From a virus (taxonomy: Duplodnaviria > Caudoviricetes): a stretch of DNA of 29,572 nt. Both the position numbers and the translations under genes were made by a program. Position 1 is the first letter of the stretch; each line of letters begins with the position of its first letter. The DNA is taken from positions 1 through 29,572 of the IMG/VR virus record IMGVR_UViG_3300037560_000082. One strand, 5' to 3'. Under the pieces are notes generated by a model. The model saw only the letters and a list, made by a program, of their open reading frames with translations. It searched no databases and was not told where the DNA came from. Below are positions 8,821 through 16,240 of the stretch, one piece after another.

Positions 8821-9129
8821 CTATATCTTCATTGCATCCTTCACTGGCTTGAACGCCAGATCCATGGCCCACTGGATGTGTCGAGTACAGACCCAGACTT
8901 CCTGAATCTTTACTGGGGCCAGATCATCACACCGCTCGTACTTATCATCCCGCTCGAACTCGCAGTGATGACACGACAGCTTTTCAGGATCATTGCGTAC
9001 CCAGATCCCAGAAGTCGTATCGCTACCGCACCAACAGCACGACTCTGACTCGGCGTTGCCCTCGACCGCTTTTGTGACACGACGCTCGTTCCAGCAGGAC
9101 GCGCACATCAAGTGATTCCATCTACTCAC
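8821..9129 (-). CDS. Multi-Cys zinc-binding protein
   Basis: CASC, CCWC, CHHC and CTRH motifs. GTG start at 9129 overlaps the upstream TGA. Confidence 0.6.
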   Translation of the reverse strand: MSRWNHLMCASCWNERRVTKAVEGNAESESCCWCGSDTTSGIWVRNDPEKLSCHHCEFERDDKYERCDDLAPVKIQEVWVCTRHIQWAMDLAFKPVKDAMKI

Positions 9130-9500
9130 AGGACAATATCTCCTTCTCTGAGTGGCTGCGACCACTCCCATCCTTGCGTAGTAGTCACGACTTTATCCCA
9201 GCCGTTCGTCTTCATATTCTGGCAGAGGATGTCTGGGCCATGCGCGCATATCTCCTCCAATGTCTGCACCTTGCAGTTGACGTAGTGCATGACACTGGCA
9301 TCGATCTCCTTCGGTTCCCAGGCAAGCAAGCCTCGTCTCATGGTGAAGAAACGGAAGCCAAACGGGGTCGCACCGTGCCGTTCCTTTATCTCCTTCATCA
9401 TTTCAAGAGCAAGGTCGATGTTCCAGGATTTAATCTCCTTCCTGGTCTGCTCAGCGAGCATCGTCCCTGGGCTGTAGAACGTGACGAAATGCTTCTTCAT
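9126..9500 (-). CDS. Phage hypothetical protein
   Basis: KHFVTFYSPGT...ERHGATPFGFRF. ATG overlaps the upstream stop. Confidence 0.7.
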   Translation of the reverse strand: MKKHFVTFYSPGTMLAEQTRKEIKSWNIDLALEMMKEIKERHGATPFGFRFFTMRRGLLAWEPKEIDASVMHYVNCKVQTLEEICAHGPDILCQNMKTNGWDKVVTTTQGWEWSQPLREGDIVL

Positions 9501-9937
9501 TTAGGTGCCTCCAATAATTTGTCACTCTGGATGTGTTCCAAAACTGTCTTCCCACTGGGCAGCATGATCTGTCCCAGGAATGCGCCATCGAATGTCAGGA
9601 TGCCGGTCTCGATTGCTGTGACCTGGCCCTTGATCCAGTCTCTGGCTACTGAATAGATCGCGACCGATCCTATCTCCATGGCCTTGCGCTCCCATTCGAT
9701 TTCAGTTGATAGCCTACGAGACGACCAGGGATTTTCGTCCAACCAGGCAGCAGCATATCCACGAAAGGAACACTTGATGGTGACCATGCGTCCCTGCCAC
9801 TCAAACTGAATGATCAGCTCTCCATTCCCATCGTCAACCATCGAGCCGAATTTGTTGCAGCCAAAATGCCGCAGAATCCTCTGGATGTCAGCCAGGGCTT
9901 TGGTGCCACTCGTGGCGCTGCTGTATGGCAGCTTCAT
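9497..9937 (-). CDS. Conserved phage hypothetical protein
   Basis: LPYSSATSG...DWIKGQVTAIETGILTFDGAFLGQIMLPSGKTV, a family I recall from proteobacterial phages. Confidence 0.75.
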   Translation of the reverse strand: MKLPYSSATSGTKALADIQRILRHFGCNKFGSMVDDGNGELIIQFEWQGRMVTIKCSFRGYAAAWLDENPWSSRRLSTEIEWERKAMEIGSVAIYSVARDWIKGQVTAIETGILTFDGAFLGQIMLPSGKTVLEHIQSDKLLEAPK

Positions 9938-10221
9938 GGTGCTGGATTCCAGCAGGTGACACGCTCATCGCCTTCCTTCAGATTGTGGATAGCCCACTCG
10001 CCATCCTGATAAGACGAATCCAGCATTGGTGTGATGCCATACTTGAAGCCCAGGTGATCGATCTGAGTGCCGTACCTGGTGTAGTCATCGATGTTGTACG
10101 CGAGGATCCTGGGTACGGTGCCTTCAGCCTGGACAAGCTCACAGGCTTCTTCGATCGACACCTCAGCGATGTCTGACGGTGTGGAAAGCTCGACGATCTT
10201 GCCGATCTCTGGCCTACTCAT
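9934..10221 (-). CDS. Hypothetical protein
   Basis: 95 aa, ATGA overlap with the downstream gene. Confidence 0.6.
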   Translation of the reverse strand: MSRPEIGKIVELSTPSDIAEVSIEEACELVQAEGTVPRILAYNIDDYTRYGTQIDHLGFKYGITPMLDSSYQDGEWAIHNLKEGDERVTCWNPAP

Positions 10222-10227
10222 AGTGCT

Positions 10228-10422
10228 TCATGGCATATGCCTGTGGCAGTAGTGCGCGATCTGATGAATGATGTTCTGCTTCCCTTCCGCGCTCTCCGCT
10301 CTACCGGCTTCACTATCTTTGGTCAGCAAATAGATGTCATCGATGATTCGTCTGGTGGCTATCAACTCACGGCGAAGCTCATGCTCAGCCATCTTCTCCA
10401 CTTCTTTAACGAAGGTCTTCAT
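10228..10422 (-). CDS. Hypothetical protein
   Basis: 64 aa, SD AGGAGG. Confidence 0.65.
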   Translation of the reverse strand: MKTFVKEVEKMAEHELRRELIATRRIIDDIYLLTKDSEAGRAESAEGKQNIIHQIAHYCHRHMP

Positions 10423-10427
10423 GCCTC

Positions 10428-10694
10428 CTACTCCTCTCCGATGTACTCCCCGCAGTGCGGACAGTCGAATCCTGGCTGCTGAAATTCAGCGTACTCCAGG
10501 ATCCCTACCCTGCAAGTGGGGCAAAAAGCCACCGGCAAGATTCCTATATTGCCCTCGCTCCCACCTTCCCTTTCGAGATCGAATGGGCCTCCACAAATAC
10601 TACACTCTCGAAGGGATTCAATTTCATCAGATGATGATCTTTCTGACTTTGAATGTACGGTACGTGTATCCGTCTTCTGTCTCGTCTTCGTCAT
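10428..10694 (-). CDS. Zinc-ribbon protein
   Basis: CSIC, CPTC and CPHC motifs. Start codon uncertain. Confidence 0.6.
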   Translation of the reverse strand: MTKTRQKTDTRTVHSKSERSSSDEIESLRECSICGGPFDLEREGGSEGNIGILPVAFCPTCRVGILEYAEFQQPGFDCPHCGEYIGEE

Positions 10695-10950
10695 CGAACG
10701 CTCTCCCCAAAACATTCCTGGCGACAATCTCCCTGGTCTGCCTCATCGACACGGCAAGAGCCCTTGCATACCGCTGACCCACCTGATCGTAAGCAATGGA
10801 CGCGCCTTCCTGTTTGACTGTAGCAAGACCGAATCCACCGCTGAGTTCGTGATGCGCTGCATCGTGAAGCAGTGTTGCTTCTTTCTTCGCAGGCAGGGCT
10901 GCCATCGTTGCAGCACCCAGCGCACTGACTATGAAATCACGCCTGTTCAT
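10627..10950 (-). CDS. Tat-like signal peptide fused to an internally deleted major-capsid-like fragment
   Basis: MNRRDFIVSALGAATMAALPA followed by LSGGFGLATVKQEGASIAYD and VGQRYARALAVSMRQTREIVARNVLGRAF, resembling Mu gpT-like HK97-fold capsid motifs as I recall them. Confidence 0.7.
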   Translation of the reverse strand: MNRRDFIVSALGAATMAALPAKKEATLLHDAAHHELSGGFGLATVKQEGASIAYDQVGQRYARALAVSMRQTREIVARNVLGRAFDDEDETEDGYTYRTFKVRKIII

Positions 10951-11164
10951 AGACACCATCCAGCCCACTCGGCGTTCCGTACACCGCTCGCCAGTCATAG
11001 TTGTTCCAGCCAGAGACTCGCATGGTCGCCTTGTACTTGATCGCAATAGCTTCGACGTTTTCCTCATTAAAATCCAGGCGCGGCATCGGGCTGGCCATCC
11101 GCATGCCGATCGCTACCGTCGCAACCGCGCCAGCAAAAGCTCTGATAAACCTCCGTCTGTTCAT
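10937..11164 (-). CDS. Tat-like signal peptide fused to a major-capsid-like C-terminal fragment
   Basis: MNRRRFIRAFAGAVATVAIG followed by DFNEEN...KYKATMRVSGWNNYDWRAVYGTPSG. Confidence 0.65.
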   Translation of the reverse strand: MNRRRFIRAFAGAVATVAIGMRMASPMPRLDFNEENVEAIAIKYKATMRVSGWNNYDWRAVYGTPSGLDGVYEQA

Positions 11165-11475
11165 CAACTTAGATCGACGGTCAACCCTGTCGCTGGTTTC
11201 GGTGGACTATCATCGATTACAAAGGTCTGCTCCGCTGGTCCGGACTTCCTCCCTGCTTGATCGACAATTTCCACTTGCCAGGCGTAAGTCCCATCCGCCA
11301 GGTCTGGAAGCAGATGCGAATTACCTGGTGACGGAACTCGATCCATCTCGGTAAAATCCGGAGCGCCAGTGACCTTGAGCGATATGATACTTTCTTTAAT
11401 CGCAGTCTCTGGCAAAGGATTATTGCTTTCTCGCTCTGTGGGAAGTATCCATCCCAGCGTTGCGCTCATTGTCAT
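11164..11475 (-). CDS. Fibronectin type III-like protein
   Basis: SATLGWILP...PDLADGTYAWQVEIVDQAGRKS, ending in PPKPATGLTVDLS. SD GAGGAG. Confidence 0.7.
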   Translation of the reverse strand: MTMSATLGWILPTERESNNPLPETAIKESIISLKVTGAPDFTEMDRVPSPGNSHLLPDLADGTYAWQVEIVDQAGRKSGPAEQTFVIDDSPPKPATGLTVDLS

Positions 11476-11591
11476 TGTTCGCTCCTCGTTAATTCCACAG
11501 TCAGGCCAGTCGCTGGTTTCGGATTCTGCCTGGTATCAGGTGGCTTTTTTCTCCAGCGATTCCACCATTTCTTGATGCACTTCAGCCACAT
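11472..11591 (-). CDS. 39-aa peptide sharing PKPATGLTV(E/D)L with the neighbouring FN3 protein
   Basis: Manual translation: MWLKCIKKWWNRWRKKPPDTRQNPKPATGLTVELTRSEQ. Overlaps both flanking genes. Confidence 0.6.
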   Translation of the reverse strand: MWLKCIKKWWNRWRKKPPDTRQNPKPATGLTVELTRSEQ

Positions 11592-12178
11592 TTCGCTACG
11601 ACTGCTAATGGCTCAACATCGCCGTACCAGCTAACCGCTTCTCTCGGCACAACGAAATGATCCTTGACCATCTCGGTCTCCGTGCATGCTGTTCCGCCTG
11701 GCACTTCACCGACTGGCAGTAGCACAAATTTATTATTCTGAGCGATCACCTGGTAAGCCACCATCGCAACTGTCACCAGGTTATCTGGTGGCTGCGGCAC
11801 CATGATGATCATCTTGAATACTGGATTCGATGCGTCAGATGTTTGCGGATCAATGCTGTTGGCAGGATCACCTACGTTTATATGGTAACCAAGAAAGCAC
11901 CATCGACCAGGTGTCCAGATCGTGATGTCTGTCGTTTCACTCGCACCTGGCACTGTCGTCGGCACAAATTTTTCGAGCAACGGTTCCGCTGGTGTGTCAT
12001 CAGGATTGCAAGCGCCCCAGTTAATTTTCGTCGTCGCTAAAGATCCTGGACCTGCTGCCACGATCGGTGTCCCATCAACATTTTGCGTTGCGTTCGTCCA
12101 TTCCAGGTTGACGATAGCAGCCCCGCTAGTGGCTGATAATACTAGCAAAATCAGTGGTATAAATCGTTTCATATCCAT
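11582..12178 (-). CDS. Secreted FN3-like protein with Sec signal peptide
   Basis: MKRFIPLILLVLSATSGA signal, then VNLEWTNATQNVDGTP...PGRWCF...SDASN, then PQPPDNL and a small Cys-containing C-terminal domain. Confidence 0.7.
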   Translation of the reverse strand: MDMKRFIPLILLVLSATSGAAIVNLEWTNATQNVDGTPIVAAGPGSLATTKINWGACNPDDTPAEPLLEKFVPTTVPGASETTDITIWTPGRWCFLGYHINVGDPANSIDPQTSDASNPVFKMIIMVPQPPDNLVTVAMVAYQVIAQNNKFVLLPVGEVPGGTACTETEMVKDHFVVPREAVSWYGDVEPLAVVAKCG

Positions 12179-12345
12179 CTCCTTCGTTTCAATTTCATGT
12201 CGCCGCGCCCAAGGGCCTTCGTGTTCTTCATCTGAAGGGCACGGCTTGTCCGTTTGGCCCCATTGAATGTGTCGTAAACCTCAGCGTCTCCAGTTTCCAG
12301 ATCGAGGATGCGTCGTCCGTTACGCTCCCACCTCTGTTCAACCAT
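12169..12345 (-). CDS. Small basic hypothetical protein (58 aa)
   Basis: Manual translation: MVEQRWERNGRRILDLETGDAEVYDTFNGAKRTSRALQMK... Fills the gap with overlaps. Confidence 0.55.
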   Translation of the reverse strand: MVEQRWERNGRRILDLETGDAEVYDTFNGAKRTSRALQMKNTKALGRGDMKLKRRRWI

Positions 12346-13039
12346 GCCGGAACAATTCCTCCTTGGTCGAGTGAATCATCGGCACAGCAAAAACGTCCAC
12401 GTCCATCTCCTCAGTCTCAAAGATCGGATCGTAGGTACGTACACGATCATCGAGCCTGGCATCTTTTATCCCAAAGCCATAATCGCCATTGATGATGTGA
12501 GGGCCACCTTCGACTTGAAGTGCAGCGAAACCCTGGCTCATCGCAATAACTGAGCAAGCCTGCATCGCTTCATCGTTATCTTCAACGACGCCGACTTCAA
12601 CAATGGTCTGGTGCGAGACCTCCTTGGTATTATTCCAGGGCCATCGCTCGTCTTCGGCGCATACGAATAACCGCTCTGTGTTCTTCATCTGAGATAGGCG
12701 CGGACCAATGCGCGGACCAATGCGCGGACCAATGCGCGGACCAACCTGAATTTGTTTCTCGGTCTCGACCAGCTCACCGAATGCTCGCTGCATCAGCTCA
12801 CTGGGATCCATCAGCTTCCACGATTCAGGATCATGGAAATCAGTTTGTTCAAACAGTTGAACATCCCAGGGCTTGGCAGTATCGATGCCGTAGAAGTATT
12901 TTTCGGTGGCCTGTTCGTACCTCCAGGTGCCACCTCGAAGGGTATCTGGCAGGAACTTGGGAGCCAGGCGCGTAGCGATGGCGACTGTGGCCATGGCGCA
13001 TGCCAATCCCTCAAAAAACGCTCTCCTGGTGAGCTTCAT
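12338..13039 (-). CDS. Tat-like signal peptide protein with (GPRI) repeat
   Basis: MKLTRRAFFEGLACAMATVAIATRLAP. The N-terminus resembles that of 10937-11164. Confidence 0.7.
   Translation of the reverse strand: MKLTRRAFFEGLACAMATVAIATRLAPKFLPDTLRGGTWRYEQATEKYFYGIDTAKPWDVQLFEQTDFHDPESWKLMDPSELMQRAFGELVETEKQIQVGPRIGPRIGPRIGPRLSQMKNTERLFVCAEDERWPWNNTKEVSHQTIVEVGVVEDNDEAMQACSVIAMSQGFAALQVEGGPHIINGDYGFGIKDARLDDRVRTYDPIFETEEMDVDVFAVPMIHSTKEELFRHG
12698..12744. repeat. 12-bp tandem repeat (GCGCGGACCAAT) x3.9, in frame
   Basis: Read directly. Encodes GPRIGPRIGPRIGPR. Confidence 0.95.
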
Positions 13040-13042
13040 ATC

Positions 13043-13465
13043 TTACTGTCTTGGTTGGTCTCGTTCTCTCAGTGGACGACGCTTCACTGCTGGGGTTGCC
13101 ACCACCACTGGCTCCTCTGCCGGTTCAACACCTTCAGCTATATCGATCGCCCTGCCTACGTCTTCTGGACGCTCAGCTAAGATCTGAGTTGGAGACTTGC
13201 CTGTCGTTTCACCGACTCGCGTATATGGAGATGGCTTTGGATCTTCAGTGCGACGATTTTGTCGTTCTCGACGACGCCTCGCTGATTCCTCGATGCCACC
13301 TTCTTCTTGTTCTGCAATGCGCTTTGTCCGCTCTACATCGGTTGGCTTGGTCTCCAATTTCTTTTTGCGTTGCGCTTCACGATCTGGACTGGGAGTCGGC
13401 GGACCCAATGGTGCGCCATACGATAAAACCTCCCTTGCTTCTTTGTTCTGTCTGCTCGCCATCAT
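13043..13465 (-). CDS. Charged low-complexity protein
   Basis: 140 aa, R/E/P-rich. Confidence 0.6.
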   Translation of the reverse strand: MMASRQNKEAREVLSYGAPLGPPTPSPDREAQRKKKLETKPTDVERTKRIAEQEEGGIEESARRRRERQNRRTEDPKPSPYTRVGETTGKSPTQILAERPEDVGRAIDIAEGVEPAEEPVVVATPAVKRRPLRERDQPRQ

Positions 13466-13477
13466 TAACTCCCGGCT

Positions 13478-13660
13478 TCACGTTTGCGATGGAAAGTTGC
13501 GAACCTTTTGCGACGGTGCCGGATGTGCCCCGGTTTTCCTGGGCAGTTTACTCCGCAGCCTGTCCGGATCTTTCTCCGGTGGCTCGAAATCTGTGCATGG
13601 CTCGTAGGGAGGATTCTCAACCGCTGGCGTTTGGAAGCCCTTGCCCCTGTCGTCACTCAT
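13478..13660 (-). CDS. Hypothetical protein
   Basis: 60 aa, ATGA overlap and SD GAGGAG. Confidence 0.55.
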   Translation of the reverse strand: MSDDRGKGFQTPAVENPPYEPCTDFEPPEKDPDRLRSKLPRKTGAHPAPSQKVRNFPSQT

Positions 13661-13962
13661 GGCGCTATCTCCTCAGTCACTGGCGGCGACTCATCCTCAT
13701 CGGGATCGACGACAGTGTACTGGAAAGGCCCAACGAAAGGTATATCGACCTCGGGCCCATTAAACTTGATGTCAGGCCAGTCTGCTTCGTCGCTTTGCAC
13801 AACCAGGACCACTTGATGATTGGCCTGGTCATCAAAGCCTTGCAATACCTTCACGACCTTCAAGTCTTTCGGACAATCGGTATTCACAAAGTCATTATTC
13901 CTGGCAGTCATAATCGCTTCCAGGAGATCTGTTGCCAGCAAAACCTTAGCCAGCTTCGTCAT
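13657..13962 (-). CDS. Hypothetical protein
   Basis: 101 aa, operon packing. Confidence 0.65.
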   Translation of the reverse strand: MTKLAKVLLATDLLEAIMTARNNDFVNTDCPKDLKVVKVLQGFDDQANHQVVLVVQSDEADWPDIKFNGPEVDIPFVGPFQYTVVDPDEDESPPVTEEIAP

Positions 13963-14314
13963 CAGGTGGCACCCCCTCTAATCGTTCATTCCATGTAATG
14001 TGAAACAGCTCATGGAGTTTATCCATCTCATTGTTAGGCCCTGACATCAAAGCCTTACCAGTGTCCATGCCATAGACTTGCGGCATGATGGTAAGTACGG
14101 AAATGGTCGAGACTTCACCCTTCTGTACGTCGCTGATGATCTCTTTCAGTTGCTTCACAATTTCTGGAATCACATCATCAGGCATGTAACCGCTCATCTC
14201 AGAAGGCTTTGACTTCCCTGCGAGTTCTTTTTTTACGCGCCGAATATCCAGGCTGGCAACGCCATCCTGGTTAGGCAAAATAATTCGGTTGCTTCGATCC
14301 TTCTTGTCGTTCAT
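13946..14314 (-). CDS. Hypothetical protein
   Basis: 122 aa, ATGA overlap. Confidence 0.65.
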   Translation of the reverse strand: MNDKKDRSNRIILPNQDGVASLDIRRVKKELAGKSKPSEMSGYMPDDVIPEIVKQLKEIISDVQKGEVSTISVLTIMPQVYGMDTGKALMSGPNNEMDKLHELFHITWNERLEGVPPDDEAG

Positions 14315-14613
14315 CGACCAGTCCGACGACGCCTCATGTCTTCGCTACCCTGCTTCTCTGCTGCTTGCTCGCCAGCATTCTTCTCGTCCCTGGCATTGAT
14401 CTTCGCTTCGATCGTCTCCTCGTCGTAACCAATGTGATCAGCAAGCTGAATCAGCACTGACTTCTCCAGGTTAGACTTGATGTCCATCGCTTTGTCGATC
14501 ATGGCGGCTCGCTCAGCTTGCTCGTCTTCATCCTTCGCGGCCAGCTTGTATCTCACGCCGAACACGAGATTCAGCGTAAGCTCTACGTCACCGCAGTCAA
14601 TTTTGAGTGGCAT
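14311..14613 (-). CDS. Hypothetical protein
   Basis: 100 aa, SD GGAGG. Confidence 0.65.
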   Translation of the reverse strand: MPLKIDCGDVELTLNLVFGVRYKLAAKDEDEQAERAAMIDKAMDIKSNLEKSVLIQLADHIGYDEETIEAKINARDEKNAGEQAAEKQGSEDMRRRRTGR

Positions 14614-14848
14614 GTTTCCCCTCCAGGTCTTTCAACGCCAGGCACGATTTCTCGTGAGCTGGCCAGTATGTGACTTTAATTCGCTGCTTGCACCCAGGAC
14701 ACATTTCACAGTTTTTGCATGAGCCATAGACGAACGGCTTGCCAATGTAGCACGTACAAACATCGCGAAAATTCTCCTCGACTGTCTTCTTGCGCCAGGC
14801 CAACCACCGCTCATACTTTACCTTCGCGGAAGCCCTACGCCCAGCCAT
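14597..14848 (-). CDS. Cys-rich zinc-binding protein
   Basis: CTC...CKNCEMCPGC...HEKSC. Confidence 0.6.
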   Translation of the reverse strand: MAGRRASAKVKYERWLAWRKKTVEENFRDVCTCYIGKPFVYGSCKNCEMCPGCKQRIKVTYWPAHEKSCLALKDLEGKHATQN

Positions 14849-15180
14849 CCACTTGCCTTATCAACTTGAAATCGAATCAATGTTTCAGAGAATCCTCGAA
14901 CGAGAGCCAGGATCCAATGGCCTGTCACCACCAACAGGAAAACCTGGGCAACGATATTGATGTCTGCACCAGCCTTGATCCAATGAGTCTTGGCCGGAAG
15001 ATGCACCAGGAACTCATCGTCCATGCGAATAGAATTAAGCGAGATAGCAAACAAGCCCCAGGTGATCCAGGGAACCAGATCAGCCTGCGCCTCAGTTCCG
15101 GCAGGTGTATTCGACACGTAGATCAACCAGGTGTACCAGGTTGAAAATGCTATCGCTAACCATTGTGACATCCTGTTCAC
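14818..15180 (-). CDS. Multi-pass membrane protein
   Basis: About three hydrophobic segments. GTG start with SD AAGGAG. First gene after the 15241 promoter. Confidence 0.65.
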   Translation of the reverse strand: MNRMSQWLAIAFSTWYTWLIYVSNTPAGTEAQADLVPWITWGLFAISLNSIRMDDEFLVHLPAKTHWIKAGADINIVAQVFLLVVTGHWILALVRGFSETLIRFQVDKASGWLGVGLPRR

Positions 15181-15182
15181 GG

Positions 15183-15241
15183 CTGCTCCTTGATGACTAT
15201 ACCCTCAGCGAAAGACTACGATAAAAAGGCAGAAATCTCAA
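15183..15241 (-). promoter_or_regulatory. sigma70-like promoter plus leader motif for the accessory cassette
   Basis: TTGAGA-N17-TAGTCT-N8-GGGTATAGTC-ATCAA-GGAG on the minus strand. Confidence 0.6.
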
Positions 15242-15927
15242 TCGACTCGGTGCGATTCCCCTTCGATTGCTCTGGCCTTCGAGGCTTTCTGCTGAATACC
15301 TTCCAGGGTCTTGATGACAAGCTCCAATTCGTCTTGCGGCAAGGCGCTGAAGTCCAGGGATCTCGCCTGGCTCTGACGCATATTGAGATCCAGCATCAGC
15401 TTCTCTGAGAACATGCCCAGGTGCCGACCCAGGTTTACCAGGGCACTGGCCTTGTCATGCAGCACATATTTGAAATCGAAATCAGGGCCATCATCCGTCT
15501 GGATCAGATGGCTCTCCCAGGATGCAACAGCCAAAGCCTGGGAATCAGTCAGCTCGTTTACCGGCCTACCGATAAGATGCAGCACTTTATCCACCTTCAC
15601 GACTCGGATGTAATCCTTGATGTTCTGAAGACCGATCGCTGACATCTCATGCAGGATCCTGGTCGTCGTCGCATCGTAGTGGATCGCCGCCACCTCATTC
15701 TTTTTCTCCTGGAGAAATGCCATGAACGGTCGAAGATTGGCAGCCAGCTCGTGAGATCTAACCTTCGAGCTGTTCTTGGCGTAGCCAGCAGCGATCATTG
15801 CCGCATGTGGATTCATTGCCTCTTGAACTACGTTCAGAGCAAAGTCCAGTTGCAGTTTAGTTCGTGGCCAGCCTCTGGTGTTGCCTGGGATTACTTCGAT
15901 TGCTTCCGCTGGGGCGCTCACGCACAT
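15238..15927 (-). CDS. terS: Terminase small subunit
   Basis: HTH-like AAMIAAGYAKNSS, then ILHEMSAIGLQNIKDY and KYVLHDKASALVNLGRHLGMF, a typical TerS C-terminal motif. The true start may be GTG at 15921. Confidence 0.85.
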   Translation of the reverse strand: MCVSAPAEAIEVIPGNTRGWPRTKLQLDFALNVVQEAMNPHAAMIAAGYAKNSSKVRSHELAANLRPFMAFLQEKKNEVAAIHYDATTTRILHEMSAIGLQNIKDYIRVVKVDKVLHLIGRPVNELTDSQALAVASWESHLIQTDDGPDFDFKYVLHDKASALVNLGRHLGMFSEKLMLDLNMRQSQARSLDFSALPQDELELVIKTLEGIQQKASKARAIEGESHRVD

Positions 15928-16024
15928 ACTCCATTGTCTCCCGGCAGCCGCAATCGGCCCACCGAGGATGTGTCGGATGGCTCTTATGATACCTGCATGG
16001 TCGGTACACTTTCACCTGTCTCAT
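15857..16024 (-). CDS. Small hypothetical protein
   Basis: MRQVKVYRPCRYH...CGC. ATGA overlap upstream, but about 70 nt of overlap with terS. Confidence 0.35.
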   Translation of the reverse strand: MRQVKVYRPCRYHKSHPTHPRWADCGCRETMEYVRERPSGSNRSNPRQHQRLATN

Positions 16025-16209
16025 TCCGAACGCAATCGGACCTCGCACACATCACCCAATGGGATCACTTGCATGGTCGCCATGCCCTCCACTTTTAGAT
16101 GTAGATATTCATCGAGGAGCTTCCTGGCTGTGTCCAGCCTGGTCATTCCGAAGTCACGCTTCCTGAACTCCTCAGTTGCCACTCTGAATGACATCCTGTC
16201 TGCAATCAC
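16021..16209 (-). CDS. Hypothetical protein
   Basis: 62 aa, first gene of the leftward block, GAGG upstream. Confidence 0.45.
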   Translation of the reverse strand: MIADRMSFRVATEEFRKRDFGMTRLDTARKLLDEYLHLKVEGMATMQVIPLGDVCEVRLRSE

Positions 16210-16240
16210 AATTCCTCTAATTACTTTAATGACCCTGGTC

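Noticed and set aside
10108-10119. CCTGGGTACGGT leader-like motif inside a minus-strand gene
   Set aside because: No SD or gene follows, and there is no terminator or hairpin context. Treated as chance.
12221-12692. 15-bp direct repeat GTGTTCTTCATCTGA (12221-12235 and 12678-12692)
   Set aside because: About 0.4 such matches are expected by chance in a window this size, and there is no flanking similarity.
12698-12744. Possible CRISPR array or DGR from repeats here and at 18436 and 25121
   Set aside because: The repeats are short and lack unique spacers. No cas or reverse transcriptase gene and no TR/VR pair was seen.
12860-12905. YFYGIDTAK resembling a terminase RNase H strand in the third Tat-like protein
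   Set aside because: Too short to support homology without a profile search.
16210-16240. CCAGGGTCATTAAAG (minus strand) as a seventh leader motif
   Set aside because: It needs two gaps to align, and no correctly spaced promoter was found.
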